In this document: positions 1-12,630 of the stretch, in pieces
Position numbering within the stretch: position 1 is the stretch's first letter
How the letters are laid out: each line of letters begins with the position of its first letter
Assembly (NCBI GenBank): GCA_051294375.1
Contig: CM119269.1
Location: 21,313,665 to 21,377,664, forward strand
Direction: 5' to 3'
Source of the DNA: Paraspadella gotoi
Taxonomy: Eukaryota; Animalia; Chaetognatha
Length of the DNA stretch: 64,000 bases
Notes under the pieces: generated by a model
The model's input: only the letters and a program-made list of their open reading frames with translations
Told to the model about the DNA's origin: nothing
Databases searched by the model: none
Position numbers and translations under genes: made by a program

Positions 1-507
1 CGTAGAATGATCTCTTTAAATCACGATATGTTAGCTACGTAGTGAACCGAATAAAAAGAAGGAAAAGAAAGAAAAAATGAAAAAAGAATCGGAACAGAGA
101 AAAAAAAAAGGAAACTGGGAGCTAATTCTATGGAATCCTCGACTTTGGGGCGAAAATCCGATTTGATAACAAATGGGATTCTCTTTTAACGAGTTGGCGC
201 ACGATCGTCACGTGATTCGCGCGCACGTGACCTTTTTTTTATCTTCAGTCTGCACTCTATTCACGACGACGTCTCTTCTCGAGTTGCCATTCTTGTCTCG
301 TTGCCATTTCACCATGTCCTTGTACCCTCTATTCAACGTATTCTTCTCTCTTTACTATATTTTTCACAATGTAAACAGCGCTCTTTTTCTCTTGGTAGAA
401 GTTATTGCTTTAGAGTCATCGAATATTTGATGCGAAGACATAATGTTGAAGAGTAACATCGCTTTATGAGATTAACACATATATTTTTTTAAAAAGAGCA
501 AAATATT

Positions 508-625
508 TCGGTTAATATTGCTTAACCATAATTAATTTGCAGTATGAGAGTGAAATGAGAAAAGAAACTCACTAAGAAATTTTTGGCAAAACGCGAGATG
601 AGAGAAAGAGAGAGAGGAGAGAGAG

Positions 626-704
<79 letters not shown>

Positions 705-979
705 AAGAGAGAGAGAGAGAAAGGAAACTCGAATTCGACCTACACGTCCGTGAAAGTCTTAAAATACGTCGTCAAGGAACAGAACCTGGAAAAGGACATA
801 ACGATTACCTCTCAGAATATGCTAAAACTCACGCGAGGAATCTGCTACTTCAGAAGCTTAAAGACGACTAAAGAGGGGGTTCTTTTTTTTTTCTTTTCTT
901 GAAATTCTGGTCTCCTTACTTGACATTTAAATTTTTCCCTCATTGGCTCTCTTTGACTCTTTCTCTCTCTCCTCTCTCT

Positions 980-1078
<99 letters not shown>

Positions 1079-1187
1079 CTCTCTCCTCTCCATTCTCTCT
1101 CTCTCTCTCTCTCTCCGTTTGCCAAAATTTCTTTTCTCATTTCGCTCCCTTACAGCAAATGAATTATGGTTAAGCAACATTAGCCGA
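508..1187. mobile_element. Fold-back/MITE-like element whose inverted arms extend into (AG)n/(CT)n tracts
   Basis: TCGGTTAATATTGCTTAACCATAATT..TTTTGGCAAAAC+(AG)n is mirrored by (CT)n+GTTTGCCAAAA..AATTATGGTTAAGCAACATTAGCCGA. Confidence 0.65.
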
Positions 1188-1769
1188 GGTGGTCGAGACC
1201 AGAGGACCTCTCTTAAAGATCCACCGAGTAACGACTGAGACGAGAAACCTTTATAGCACGTTGAACCTGACCTATGCCAATTTATAATTCAACAATCGTA
1301 AATTAAAAAAAAAAGTTAACATTAACCTGTCACGACGCTGTTCACGATGACTGTACATCCCGTACTCCCACTTTCGTCAATTAGTTTCTCGTTTCTTTTA
1401 ATTTGATTTCTACGTATCTAATCGTATCTATGTATCCGTAATCTATAATTCCATATAGTATATAGTATTATAGTATATATAAATTTTTCTACGCCCCCAG
1501 TCCCCTGCATCCCTTCACGGTTTATATTGAGGCGGCGTTCTCCTTCACCCCAGCCGAAGAGAGAGAGAAGGCAAAGGGAATAAGCCCGTCGGTTCCCAAC
1601 TAATCTTCCTCGCAACCCTTTCAAACTAAAATCCCTTCTTTTCATCCCCGAGCATTAGTAGATTACTATTTTTACTTTTTGTCTCTCATACTTTTTTTTT
1701 TACATTTTTTAAAAATATTTTCTCTTACGAGCTTGCTTTTTTTCATTCTTAGTTTGTTTTTAACTTTTT

Positions 1770-1853
<84 letters not shown>

Positions 1854-2174
1854 TTTTTCTTTCTTTCTTTCTTTCTTTCTTGTTTTTTCTTTGATCTTTT
1901 TTTAATTTTATTCTTCTTATTTTTTTCTTTAATCTTTTATTTTTTCTAATGAGAGAACTTGTAGAAGATGAAGAATGAGTCAACAATGCAAGCATCTCAG
2001 TCGTTAGTCCATCACAGCAGCGCAAAGATCAACTACCGGACTCAAGGTCGACTACAGAAGGTCGACTACAGAAGGTCGACTACAGAACCTGCTCAGCGCA
2101 ATAGTCGAGTGCTGACTAAAGGAGGAAGGAAGGAAGGAAAAGATTTCGTGGAGAGTCGGCTTGGCCCAAAGACA

Positions 2175-2234
<60 letters not shown>

Positions 2235-5200
2235 GCGTCCCCTGGAGGTGCCAACATTAATTAACTAATTGTTCTTTTGTTGAGGCATAATCATTGCTGA
2301 CGTCGACGACGACGACGACGACAGCGACGACGAGCGCAGGTGCGCAGCTTGTGAAAAACGAGTTTCGTTCTCGCCCTCTTCGGACTTGTCGACATTCGCT
2401 CAGTTTCGTCGCGGTCAATTAATTGACAGATTTCGACTTGACTGAGTCGACAGTGAGTCGTACTGTCATTTTTTGTTGATTCATTCGTTCTATCAGGATT
2501 TTACACTACTAATCTTAAAAATAATAATTCATCCGGTTTAGGCTTTTATAGATTTATAAACGAAACAATAACGAATTCTATCGACCTCGTTTTCGTTTTA
2601 AAAACAATCTAATAAAGTATTAAGGTTAAGATTCTACAATCGTTTCCGTTCGGCAACATAATCGTGAAACCAAGAGAAAAAGCGATTTCTATCGCCAAAC
2701 AAAACTAAAACGTGGAAAATGAGAAGAGAGAGAAAAAAAAAGCGTGGATGCAAACAGAAGGCTAAAGCCCAGGATGTAAGCAGAAGGCAAAAATCCTCCC
2801 TCCCCGTATGTAATCCGTGTCGAGGGTCAATCTTATTTGGTTAAAGATTAGAGAGGAAGAGAGAAAAAGAACCAAGGAAGGAAAATGGGATAAGAGGGAG
2901 ATTCGTGGGTGGATTCCAAGGGAGGGGGGGCGAGAATGGGGGCGGATTGAGTAGGAAAAGGGGGAAAGAGGTGGTCTGGAGAGTGGCATAGAGTGAGGGT
3001 GAGGTGGAGAAAGAAAGGTGCAGAGAAATAAGAAGTGAGAGAGGCAAAACAGCGATAGGGGAAAGAGATGTAAGGAAATAGAAGAAATGGGGTAGAGAGG
3101 AAGAGCGAGAGAGACTAGGGAGAGAAGGGGAAAGGGGTAGAAGATAAGAAAAAGATGTGGAAAAGGGAGGGTGGGAGGTATTAAGATGTGGAAGAGGGAG
3201 GATTGGAGGTATGGGAGGTATTAAGTAAAAAGTATATATATATATATAGTATGGAAAGTAAAACCACATTGCAGAGCCGGAGTGATTTTAGTGAGAGAGC
3301 GACTCGATTGAGTATGAGCGGATACGAGGAGGGGTGGGTGCTGGGTAAGTCAGCACAAGTTTGATGAATAAAACACAACATAGTGGGTGTGGCCGATCCA
3401 ATCGCTGGATAAAAAAAAAGTTTTCGAGGAACCAAAAAAAAAAAAAGAAAAAAAAAGGAAAAGAGATACGGGAAGAAAGGAGAGCCGAAGAAAATGGGCA
3501 ATTCGAATGCGCAGGCGCCCACAAATAATCAGGAAAAACAACCCCTCGTTTCCCAAAAACCGGCGCCGTTCGTTACAAATGGATTTAGACCTGACGACGA
3601 CGACTTTCGACTACGACGAAACAACGAAAAAGGCGGCGACGACGACGAAGACGACGGCGAAGAAGGCAGGAATTTCAACTAATTTTTTTTTTCTGTACAA
3701 CTTTGGGTTGTTATTTTCTCAACGTATTTTTTTTCGTCGTTGATTTTGTCGTTGTTCAGCCGGCGGGTCTCTCAGCTTGGCGATCGATCCCCAATCTCGC
3801 AACTTTGGGGAGGGGGGTTTGTTGATGTTGCAGGCGCAGCCGTCGTCGTCGTAGTCGTCGTCTTCGTTTCCTAAACCAGGTGGACTTGGATGCCCATTTG
3901 TTTTCCTACGATGTTAAGGACAATCAGTCAAGAGACGTCGTTGTCGTCCTCGTCGTCGTCGTCGTAGCCTCGTTTTCGTCGTCATCATCACGTCGTGCAA
4001 TGTCGTCGTTGTTGCGGTCGACATAATCGTTGCTGTCGGCTACAAAAAGATAAATTTATCAACAAATGAGTTATCCAACAAAAACAAAAATGAAAAAAAG
4101 CTTTATAATGGGGTTTCCTTCGTGCGCTGCCAGGCAACCAAATATGGTAAACAAAGCATGCGTCTTGCTCGTCTGGTCATTTGTTCATTTCTTCGTTTTG
4201 ATTTTTTTTTCCCGTTTAGTAGTAAATTAACTCATCAAAGTCATAGGTTAGTAACCGAAGATTCGTTCTTTCCTTTCTTTTCCCTACCTTTTTCGTGCTT
4301 TCCTTTCCATCACGATTATTCCACGCGTTCATTCATTCCGTTTATTCATCCTTTCGTTCACACGTTCCCCGCTCTCTCCCTTCGGGTCAAATCTCATCAA
4401 AATTCCGCGCCAACGAATCGGACAAAGATTGAGACGTTTTCCTCCGACGCCACTTGTGGATCCTCCATCGGAAGAGGATGAGGAGGCGGAGGAGCAGGAG
4501 GCGGAGGAGGAGGCGGAAGGGAGAAAAGCCAAAGAAATGAGGTTGATTACTTAAAAAATAAATGAGAGGAGATCGACTGGCAATTTACAGGTACTGGTCG
4601 AAGACGAATTTAAACCTTTTTATATGTATATCGTAAAGTTTTCTTTTGTATGGGAAAGAAAATAAAAGAGAAGTTGGATCCCTCCGCCCCCCAAAAAAAA
4701 AGATCCAAAAAGAAAGAAAGAGGGGGAGGGGCGTTGAAAAAAAAAAAAAAAACAGAAAAAGAAAAAGAGGATGAAATGGAGAGGAGCTCAGGAACAACCG
4801 AAGCGCGAAATAGGGCAGCGGGGAAAACTGATGCGATTTTAATTGGGGAGAATGAGGAGAAGTAGAAGAGGGGATTGGGAGAGGGTCGTCCCCCCCCCCC
4901 CAAAAAAAAAGACAGGAGAGTCGAAGGAAGAAATCTAAGCGCGTCTCGGCATCGGATTAAGGATCCACCATCGCAGAATCGTGGCACCGGAAGGCGGGAA
5001 AAATGGAAGGCGGCGGTCGGAGGTCGCCTTCGAACCGAAAGATCGGATGACGTCGCCGACCCGAGTCCTGATTGGCTCCACGTCGCTTAGCGGAATTCGT
5101 CTTGCTGATTATAAGTCATTGATAAATGATTATAAATGATAAATGATAAATAAATTATAAATATATTATAAATGATTTGAAGTAATATAACGCACAATTT

Positions 5201-6199
5201 TCGTTCTGTTAGGAATATGATAATCAAAAAATATGATAAACAAAAAAAAAACTTGAGATTTGTACAATCGGGTTAGCATCCGAACTTATCCAAACATTGC
5301 ATAATGGCATTCGCATTTTTCCAAATAGATTTTTTCAAAAAGAAAATAACTTCGCAAAAACGGCATGGCTGTTAATAATAAAATTTTTACGATGTAGTTT
5401 TTTACTTAAATAGCGCAAAATTTAAAATTACGTATTATTTGTTTTTAAATTTAACGTAACAAGTGATAAAATAGTCGTTAATAAAAGTATTAGTATTACG
5501 AAAAGGAAAAAAAAAGAGAAAACCCATTACTACCCGAAGTACCCATTAATAGATATGCCTTCATAACACAACATCCTTAACAATATTGAATTATCGATTT
5601 ATTGATAGGAAATACTTTTTTACCACATTCGTCGAGATAAAGAACAAATTTTTGCGAGGTAAGTGCTCCAGAAGAAAAAGTAAAAAAATATATATAAAAA
5701 ATATATAAATATATATTTTATATAAAATATAAAAATGAACATTTTGAAATTCTCTCTGTCTCTCTCTCTCTTTCTCTGTCTCTCTCTCTTTCTCTTTTTC
5801 TCTCGGAATGATCCTCTTGAGCTCGATTTCATTGCGGAGGCAATAAAGTTGAAATGGTATTCACCGCGGCGACGAAAACCCCGGAGTCGAAGAAGCGACA
5901 GAAGAAACGAAAAACAAAACGGGAATTCCTCAAAACAAACAACCGAGATGTAAAATTTAAACGAAAGAACAACGAAAAAAAACAAAAAACCACCGCGGCC
6001 AACGAAAAAACTGACAACAGTTACGACAAAAACAACAACAATGACGACGACGACGACGACGACGACGAAGACGAAAGGACGAAACGCGATAAACTCGAAT
6101 TGGATGCGACGTAAGCGATTCCCCAGTCGGCTTCTTTTCTCTCCTTCGAAAACAAGAAGAAAACCTCCGCTTTATCTTAAACTTGTTTTCGACTCGGAG

Positions 6200-6307
<108 letters not shown>

Positions 6308-8329
6308 CCGGTTATCACGAGTCAGAGGGCGAGAAATAAAAGGAAAACAGGAGAAGGCAATAAAACGCTTGAGAACAAAATGAAACTTCTCTCAGTTTAT
6401 CTTTTTGTGCGTGAGACAGACCGGAGGGGGTGTAGTGTGAGAGGGTAAGTTAAGCCAGAGGCCTTGATTAATGACGACGGGATAAGTCTCCTTCTTCTTT
6501 CGCTATCTGTCCTTCGCTCCTAAAGATATCTCTTCCTCCCATCCTCTTTGTTAATATTCCGAAAAAAGTAAAAAAAAGTCTCTCATTTTTGAAACTCACT
6601 ATACTTAGATTTAAACTCTTTATCTAACTTCCAAAAAGTTTTGAAAAGTCTTAAATAAAATAGTATCAATATTACTATCTTCTGAAAGTTCTTGCAAATA
6701 TAAAGAGAATGAATTACTTACGAATACTGTTGTATTAAATAAATCATTATTGATATTTTTTTTCGAGCGGCGGGTTTCAAATTGTCACCCTGTATATGAT
6801 TGGCCAATATTAAAAGAGGGACTCGGGGTCGGTGGATGAGGATCCGGGCTTGAAAAGGGGGGGGGGTTGTGTCATGGCCCCGCGGACCACAAATCATTCT
6901 CGGTTTAATATCGATGGGAGATGTGAGATGCGAGGCGATGGAGATGGAGGGGTGAGATGATAGATGATAGCGGGAAATGAGAGGGCGTTATGAGCGACGA
7001 TGATAGGCGATGGGATCAGATGGGAGGAGAAGCGAGACTGAGTAGAGGTTTCGCTAAATTGGATTTATAATGTTAAAATAGTAGAACAAATTATAAATCC
7101 TCTCCAAATAATTCACATCATTTTTTTTTTTCAAACAACACCCTTTCGTATTTACAATTACATAGTCACACTGCGTATCAATTTATGCTCTGTCGGATAT
7201 GCTCTGCTGATCTCGACTATCCCGTTACCAAACAGCACTCCCATGCCGTCTCTCGCTAAGCCATGCCGCGCCACGCTCTGCCACGCCGATCAAAGCCGTC
7301 TCATTCCAAAATCCCCTTTTTTTTCCGCCTGCTCGATTTCTGCGCCCGACGCGCAAATCCTCGGCGAAAATTGACGTTTACTGTTTGCATAAAACGCAAA
7401 GTTTTTTTCTTTTCGCGTCGAGTGACAAACAATGAAAGGCGGGGAAAAATATCAAAACTCAAAGTTTGGGATTGGGGATTGCTTCATGCGTCGTCGTCGT
7501 TGTCGTTGTTGTCGTCGAAACATGACAACGTCTCCGCTCTATGTAACATCCTCTCAGTCGCCTTGAGAGTCGAGATAGCGCCATTATCTTTTTGATTCCG
7601 TCATTAGCATTTTGGCTCCCATCGCGGTTCTGACGATTGGAGTTTCTGCCTTCTTAATTAACGGAGAATCAAGAAACACTGGTTTTAACGCGTCACTGTC
7701 TCATTGAAATACGTATTACATAACACCTGGGGCGTCTCGACTGTAGAGAGAGACACCCTTCACAATGGCGAGGGGCCTGAGCTTTTAGGGGAAAAGCCTC
7801 TTTAAATGAAAAAATATGAGAGAAAAAATAGCTTTTATTTTTGTAAAATATTTTTTGCACTAGTAGGAAATATTGAAATACAAACATAATATAACAATGT
7901 TTGGTTTTTAAAAGGACCCAAACCTTATTCATCCTAAGTTGTTTGGTTAATTCTACGGGGGTCGGATGAGCTTAGCTTTCAGGGAGACCCAGGGCCTGCA
8001 AAAAAATTAGTTGATGGGCCCGCAATTTCTCTATATGCAACTGCATAACACACGCCCTCACACACTTATGCACACCCACACAGATACACAAACAAATCCA
8101 CAAGCACACCCACACTCACACCCTCTCTCTTTCTGTCTCTATCTTTCTCTCTCCATCTTTCTCTCTTTTTTCTCACACAGATTCCAAAAAAGCAATACTT
8201 CTTTATAGTCCCGAACGAATTCAGAAAATGAACGGATTTACTCAGTTTCACGACTTCTTCGGCAGAATGAAAAGAAAAAGAGAGACAGAGAGAAAAAGCT
8301 AGAGATGGAGACAGACCTATACAGAGAAA

Positions 8330-9107
8330 TAGGAAAGAAAAGAAAAAGAAAAAGGGAGGAAAGGGAGAGGAAGGAGACTTTAGAAAAAAAAAGAAAAAGG
8401 AAAAGGGAAGAAAGCGAGAGGAAGGAGGATTTGGAAAAAGAAAAAGGAAAAGGGAGGAAAGCGAGAGAAAGGAGGATTTAGAAAGAGAAAAATAAAAATA
8501 AAAAGAGAGGAAAGCGGGAAGAAAGAGGATTTAGAAAAAGAAAAATAAAAAGAGAGGAAAGCGGGAAGAAAGAGGATTTAGAAAAAGAAAAATAAAAAGA
8601 GAGGAGAGCGGGAAGAAAGAGGATTTAGAAAAAGAAAAAGAAAAAGGGAGGAAAGCGAGAGGAAGGAGGATTTAGAAAGAGAAAAAGGAAAAGGGAGGAA
8701 AGTGAGAGGAAGGAGGATTTAGAAAGAGAAAAATAAAAATAAAAAGAGAGGAAAGCGGGAAGAAAAAGGATTTAGAAAAAGAAAAATAAAAAGAGAGGAA
8801 AGCGGGAAGAAAGAGGATTTAGAAAAAGAAAAAGAAAAAGGGAGGAAAGCAAAAGGAAGGAGGATTTAGAAAAAGAAAAAGGAAAAGGGAGGAAAGCGAG
8901 AGGAAAGAGGATTTAGAAAAAGAAAAAGAAAAAGGAAAAGGGAGGAAAGCAAGAGGAAGAAGGATTTAAAAAAAGAAAAAGAAAAAGGGAGGAAAGCGAG
9001 AGGAAGGAGGATTTAGAAAAAGAAAAAGAAAAAGGAAAAGGGAGGAAAGCAAGAGGAAGGAGGAAAAAGAAAAAGAAAAAGGGAGGAAAGCGAGAGGAAG
9101 GAGGATT
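8330..9107 (+). repeat. Polypurine minisatellite
   Basis: Repeated GGATTTAGAAAAAGAAAAA..GGGAGGAAAGCGAGAGGAAGGA units of ~40-55 bp. Confidence 0.9.
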
Positions 9108-10761
9108 TAATGCTCTGCTGGTCGGATGTTCCTTTCGCGACGTTTGTCAGGCAACGAGCCTCTTAATGGCTTCGCGTCGCGTTCGCGTCGTCTTCGTCGA
9201 AAACGACGACGACGGCCGCCGCCGCCGCGCCGCGGCCGCGCCCGCCCCGCGGCCGCGCCGCCTCCGCCCGCCGCCCGCCGCCGCCTCCGCCGCCGCCGAC
9301 GCCGGAGACCCGCCGTCGCCGGAGACTTCCATCTTGGCTCGATCGGTAAGGAAGCCGGAAAAATAGCGGGAAGGTTCGCGTTCTCGTACTACGAATATTT
9401 TTTAATATTGTTTCTTCACATTATATTAAATTTTACTTAAACTTCAAAATGAACTTTTTGGCATCGATCGTCCCCTTTCCTCATTAGATTGAAATATTTA
9501 TTTTCGCTCCCTTTTAGTTTTAGCTCCTTCTGAAAAAGCGATGACAACGACGACGAATTTGAATGAGAATCCCGGATCCGGCCGTCGGGCGCCGACTGCG
9601 GCGTGCGATAAAGTGAACGACGACGACGCCGGCGACGAAAAACGACGACGATGACGTGGCGGCGTTTTGATCAAAAACAGGTACGATTGCTTCGACTCCC
9701 TCGAATGGGAGACTCACCCCCTTCGAGACAATTCGGAAATCAGATGGGGCATGCCGGCGCGGCGGGGAAGAGGAAAAAAAGAGATTAAAAAGAAAGATTG
9801 GGAGCAAAAGAAATTGAAGAGGAGGTGAAGGCGACCAAAAGAGGAGAATTGGAGGCGATAGAAAGAACGAATGAATTGCCCGGGGAGAGGCGCTGAAAAG
9901 TGATCACCGATCAGGAGCTATTTTTTGAAAGGGAGTCTCGGATGATCTAAGGGTCATTCCCCTTTTCTCGGCTTTTCTCTTTCATTCTCCGATCCCAACG
10001 GCTGCTACTGCTGATGCTTTGTCATCAGGAAGCAACAGCTGGTTGATCCATGTGATTCGTTTATAGTGACTTTATGACGTTTTCGTCGGTAGAATCACAA
10101 TGAACAAAAGACAGGACCGATTGTAAATATACTTACGAGTTATATAAACAAGGAAACAAAGAAATAAATAAAAATTCATAAAATGACATGGTATCTTTAA
10201 TATCGTTCTTCTCTTCCTCGATGTTGCCCGATGTCGATCGTCTCATCATCGCATTCGTTAACCTTCTTAGAAAATGTTCTTTGGTCTTGAGCCACGCCTA
10301 CAAGTCTAACCGCTTGCCAATCTGCTTCCACTCCATTCAACTCACTGGCTAGTCCATTTTTAGCTTCCATTTTTTTTGAAATTATAATTTTAAGAGTTCC
10401 ACGAACACGGCATTTAGCTAAATGACTAAGTGACTCAAAACTAACTAACTAACCAGTTTTTTTCTGTAATTATCTTGAAGCGAACCGGCTCCATGTTTCC
10501 CACAGGCGTCACCCAGAAATCGTGCAGAAAAGAAGAAAAAGTTGCTTTCTGCAACGCTATTCCTATTTGCTAAAAAAGAAAGAGGTAAAGAAGAAAATAT
10601 TCGCCGTTAGAGACTCTAGCGAGCTTACTTACCTTCCAACGCATCACAGTTCGTAATTGGAAAAAAAAAAAACTGTTTGGGTGTGTTCGATAATTTTACT
10701 GGCAAAATAATAAACGGTGTGTTCGAAAGACAATGAGGTATAATATCTATTCGCTATTCGC

Positions 10762-12543
10762 TCAAGAAGAGCCAGTCGCCCCGGCCGAAGCGGCCGCCGG
10801 CGCCGCCACTTTTGACGCGTTCGACGAGAGAGTCGGTGCAGCCACGCGACTGATGAGAGAGTAAAGCGTGGGATTTTTCCGCGTCTGCCAACTCGTGGAA
10901 GGTGAGTCTGAAAGGAGAAGTACAAATGAATTGTATTTTACGTCGCAATAAAAAAAACCTTACCCAAACGTCCTAAAACCCGACCGAAATCCTCACCCTC
11001 AGGTTTGAGCGGACTGAAAATCCTGGGGACTTTCTTGACGTCGACGACGACGTGGACGAAGGCGTCAGCGAGGACGACACGTTCCAGGGAAAACCCCGCC
11101 TCCATGATCGTGTTGAGACCCTCGTGACGATACCGATTCTTCGTCGTACGGATGAGTCGGAGTCTGACGGATTTAATATCATATTACGTATAACTACTAT
11201 GTTTAATTGTTTATGTTTTGTATATTCATTTTATTTTTAATATTAGATTATTTGAGATTAAAGACGAAATCTTTTACATCAACGATTTTTATTTTTAAAG
11301 GTGCATACAAGTTTCGGCTTTCATTCAAGCCTTCATCAGTGCTTCAAAAGCAAACCAACGAAAGAAAGTTTAATAACAATATAATATTAGATTGTAATCT
11401 AAGAAGAATAGTACTAAGAAATAATTCAGGGATGGAGAAAATCAGAACCAATCAGAGAAAATTAGAACCAATTCAGGGATGGAGAAAATCTCGACACAGT
11501 TATAAGTGACGGTGCAGCGATATCTCGCAACTTTGCCTCATTTGCGGAACAGCATGAACCACTTTTTCTGGCTCATCCAGCGTTCGATCGCCGGCCATAG
11601 TGGCGCTCTGGCATATCGTGACGCATCCGGTTTAAGCGTGTCAATAGCTGAGGAATTACGTTCAACAATTGCCATATATGGGCAGAAGGAAACTCTTCCT
11701 TATTAATGCACGATGGAATGAGACAATAAGCGAAAAAGTTGATCGTCATCATCATTTCTTGACAGATGAATTGTTTGCTGTCTTATTAGGCCAGTCTTTG
11801 AACGACCCTCACCCGAAGCTTACCTTTCGGGTCGATTGAGTTCGAGTTCTGCCCATCGCCGCTTGTGCGACAGCATCGTGTAGCGGAAGGTAGCCTTGTT
11901 GGCTTTGCTGAAGCGACGGATCAGGACATCTGGGTAAGTGAAGGTAAGTACCAAGTCTTAGTGGGATAAGGGAATAAAGATTTCGATGTCCTTTACATCG
12001 CAGAATAAATACAGAATTTATTTATTTTAAAATTGAAAAAAAAAAATTGTAATTAAAATGAAGATGTATAAAATGGAAAACGTTTAATGTTTTGAGACAA
12101 ATTCACAAAGAAAGTGATTTTTTTCAATCAAAATTTTTGTTGGGAAAAAAACTTTTTCATCTCAAGACAAATATAATTATACATATATTTTAAGTTTTGT
12201 TTTTAAGATTTGCGTCTAACTTGCGTGCTGCGCCCTCGTTCCAAAGTCATCGTCCTCTCCGCCCCAGCCCCAGTACAAGTTGGAGAAGCCATTGAGGGAG
12301 ACGTATTGATCTCGAGTCGCCGCCAACACACCTCCCACCATTGTGTAGTACATCGTTCTGAGGAACAATTTATTGAGAAAGAGAGAGAGAGAGAGAGAAT
12401 TTTGAATTTGAATTTATTCAATGGGGCTTTAGGCACAAAATAAAACAATAGGCCATAAAAAGCTACTTTATTACATTAAGTCTACGAATTTAGGCATTCA
12501 TCATGAAATCTTTCCAATTTACAATTTATGCATGTATTTTCCC

Positions 12544-12630
<87 letters not shown>

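Noticed and set aside
3494-3682. Short MGN-start acidic ORF
   Set aside because: No recognisable domain; composition is driven by (GAC)n repeats common across the window.
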